A DNA stretch of 64,000 nt. It comes from Alphaproteobacteria bacterium. Its GTDB lineage: Bacteria; Pseudomonadota; Alphaproteobacteria; MPNO01. Below, piece by piece: positions 62,164 through 64,000 of the stretch. The first letter of the stretch is position 1. Each line of letters starts with the position of its first letter. A program made the translations under genes and the position numbers. The notes beneath the pieces are model-generated. The model worked only from the letters and a program-made list of their open reading frames with translations. It made no database searches and was not told the origin of the DNA. The DNA is taken from the NCBI GenBank assembly GCA_965205995.1, contig OZ242200.1, positions 952,498 to 1,016,497 of the forward strand, read 5' to 3'.

Positions 62164-63954
62164 CTACGACTTCGCCGCGTCGCCCGGGGGAAGGGCAAGG
62201 CGGATCGAGAGTTCGCGCAGCCGGTCCTCGGACACCGGGGCGGGCGACTGCATCATCAGGTCCTGCGCCTGCTGGTTCATCGGAAACAGCACGATCTCGC
62301 GGATATTGGGCTCATCGGCCAGCAGCATCACGATGCGGTCGATCCCGGGCGCCGAGCCCCCGTGGGGCGGTGCGCCGAAACGCAGCGCGTTGAGCATCCC
62401 GCCGAAGCGCGCCTCGACCTCGTCGCGCCCGTAGCCCGCGATTTCGAACGCCTTGTACATGATGTCCGGGCGATGGTTCCGTATCGCGCCGCTGGACAGT
62501 TCCACCCCGTTGCACACGATGTCGTACTGATAGGCGAGGATCGACAGGGGATCCTGCGTCTCCAGCGCCTCCAGCCCGCCCTGCGGCATCGAGAACGGGT
62601 TGTGCGAGAATTCGATCGCCGCGGTTTTCTCGTCGCGTTCATACATCGGGTAGTCGACGATCCAGCAGAAGCGGAATCGATCGCGCTCGACGAGGCCGAG
62701 CTCCTCGCCGATGCGGGTGCGCGCGAGCCCGGCGAACCGGGCCGCCTGGTCCGCCTCGCCGCAGCTGAAAAAGACGGCGTCGCCGTCGCCCGTGCCGGTC
62801 GCCTCGCGGAGCGCATGCATGCGGGACGCATCGAGAAACTTCGCGATGGGTCCCTTGGCCTCGCCGCCGTCGAACACGATGTAGCCCAGCCCGCCGGCAC
62901 CCACCTCCCGCGCCCAGTCGTTCAGCTTGTCGAAGAAGCTGCGCGGCCTGGCGGCGGCTCCGGGCGCCGGGATCGCGCGCACCACCGCGCCGGACTCGAT
63001 CGGCCGGGCGAAAATCTTGAAGTCCGTGCCGCGCCAGACCGCGGTCGCGTCGGCGATCCTGAGCGGGTTGCGCAGATCGGGCTTGTCGCTGCCATAGGCC
63101 AGCATGGCATCGGCGTAAGCGATGCGCGGAAACGGCGCCGGGGACACCGGACGGCCGTTCGCGAATTCCTCGAAGACGCCGAACATGACCGGTTCGAGCG
63201 CGGCGAACACGTCTTCCTGGGTGACGAAGGACATCTCGAAATCGAGCTGGTAGAACTCGCCCGGAGAGCGGTCGGCGCGCGCGTCCTCGTCCCGGAAACA
63301 CGGCGCGATCTGGAAATAGCGGTCGAATCCGGCGCTCATGATGAGCTGCTTGAACTGCTGGGGCGCCTGCGGGAGAGCGTAGAAATTTCCCGGGTGAAGC
63401 CGGCTCGGCACCAGAAAATCCCGTGCTCCCTCGGGGCTGGCCGCGCTCAGAATCGGGGTCTGAAACTCGGTGAAACCGCCCGCGATCATGCGCCGCCGGA
63501 TGCTCTGGATGACCGCCGATCTGAGGACGATGTTGCGGTGCATCTTTTCGCGCCGAAGATCGAGGAACCGGTAGCGAAGCCGGATCTCCTCGCTGTAGTC
63601 GCGGTCGCTGTTGACCTCCAGCGGGAGCGGATCGGCGTGGGACTGCACCTCGAAGCTCTGGATCGACAGCTCGACCTCTCCGGTGGGGAGATCGGGGTTG
63701 ATCGTATCGGCGCTTCGCCGCACCACTTGGCCGGTCACCGTCACCACCGCCTCCAGCCGGATCGAGTCGACCGCCGCGAAGACCGGGCTGGTGGAATCGA
63801 TGACGCATTGGGTCAACCCGTAGTGGTCCCGCAGATCGACGAACAACAGATTCCCGTGGTCGCGCTTGCGATGGACCCAGCCCGACAGGCGGGCGGGATC
63901 GCCCTCGTGCTCGCGCCTCAGCTCACCGCATGTGTGTGTGCGATAGGCGTGCAT
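62164..63954 (-). CDS. aspS: aspartyl-tRNA synthetase (non-discriminating type)
   Basis: YRTHTCG, HRKRDHG, FRDED and GAPPHGG motifs; gatCAB nearby. Confidence 0.96.
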   Translation of the reverse strand: MHAYRTHTCGELRREHEGDPARLSGWVHRKRDHGNLLFVDLRDHYGLTQCVIDSTSPVFAAVDSIRLEAVVTVTGQVVRRSADTINPDLPTGEVELSIQSFEVQSHADPLPLEVNSDRDYSEEIRLRYRFLDLRREKMHRNIVLRSAVIQSIRRRMIAGGFTEFQTPILSAASPEGARDFLVPSRLHPGNFYALPQAPQQFKQLIMSAGFDRYFQIAPCFRDEDARADRSPGEFYQLDFEMSFVTQEDVFAALEPVMFGVFEEFANGRPVSPAPFPRIAYADAMLAYGSDKPDLRNPLRIADATAVWRGTDFKIFARPIESGAVVRAIPAPGAAARPRSFFDKLNDWAREVGAGGLGYIVFDGGEAKGPIAKFLDASRMHALREATGTGDGDAVFFSCGEADQAARFAGLARTRIGEELGLVERDRFRFCWIVDYPMYERDEKTAAIEFSHNPFSMPQGGLEALETQDPLSILAYQYDIVCNGVELSSGAIRNHRPDIMYKAFEIAGYGRDEVEARFGGMLNALRFGAPPHGGSAPGIDRIVMLLADEPNIREIVLFPMNQQAQDLMMQSPAPVSEDRLRELSIRLALPPGDAAKS

Positions 63955-64000
63955 CGTTCTCACCTTCGATTTCTGCGGGGATGACGCGGGATGCCCGGCG

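Noticed and set aside
63931-63940. (TG)5 microsatellite
   Set aside because: It encodes the conserved THT of AspS.

Overview
This is a GC-rich alphaproteobacterial (Rhodospirillales-like) chromosomal segment with two housekeeping blocks. The left block holds pheA-hisC-tyrC, metX-metW and gloB. The right block holds tRNA-Ala(CGC), yggT-folD, argG, rlmN, gatCAB, ruvX, plsY-dprA-topA-rnr-rpmG and aspS. Between them lies an approximately 30-kb accessory catabolic tract (about 10.95-40.9 kb) with no recognisable transcription regulator. It carries two TRAP transporters, an orphan xanthine-dehydrogenase-family Mo subunit, two Rieske oxygenases, a NicX-like 2,5-dihydroxypyridine dioxygenase paired with a CoA ligase and a CouO-like hydrolase, a HisD paralogue with a cyclase and an SDR, a HAL-family lyase lacking the MIO-forming Ala-Ser-Gly, and ureide enzymes. 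Together these suggest an uncharacterised N-heterocycle catabolic repertoire. Other oddities are an IS3 OrfA HTH fused in frame to ureidoglycine aminohydrolase, two MITE-like elements, REP-like repeats, a decayed hicA next to an intact hicB, and two genes broken by the same kind of offset duplication. All family calls come from motif recognition, not database searches.
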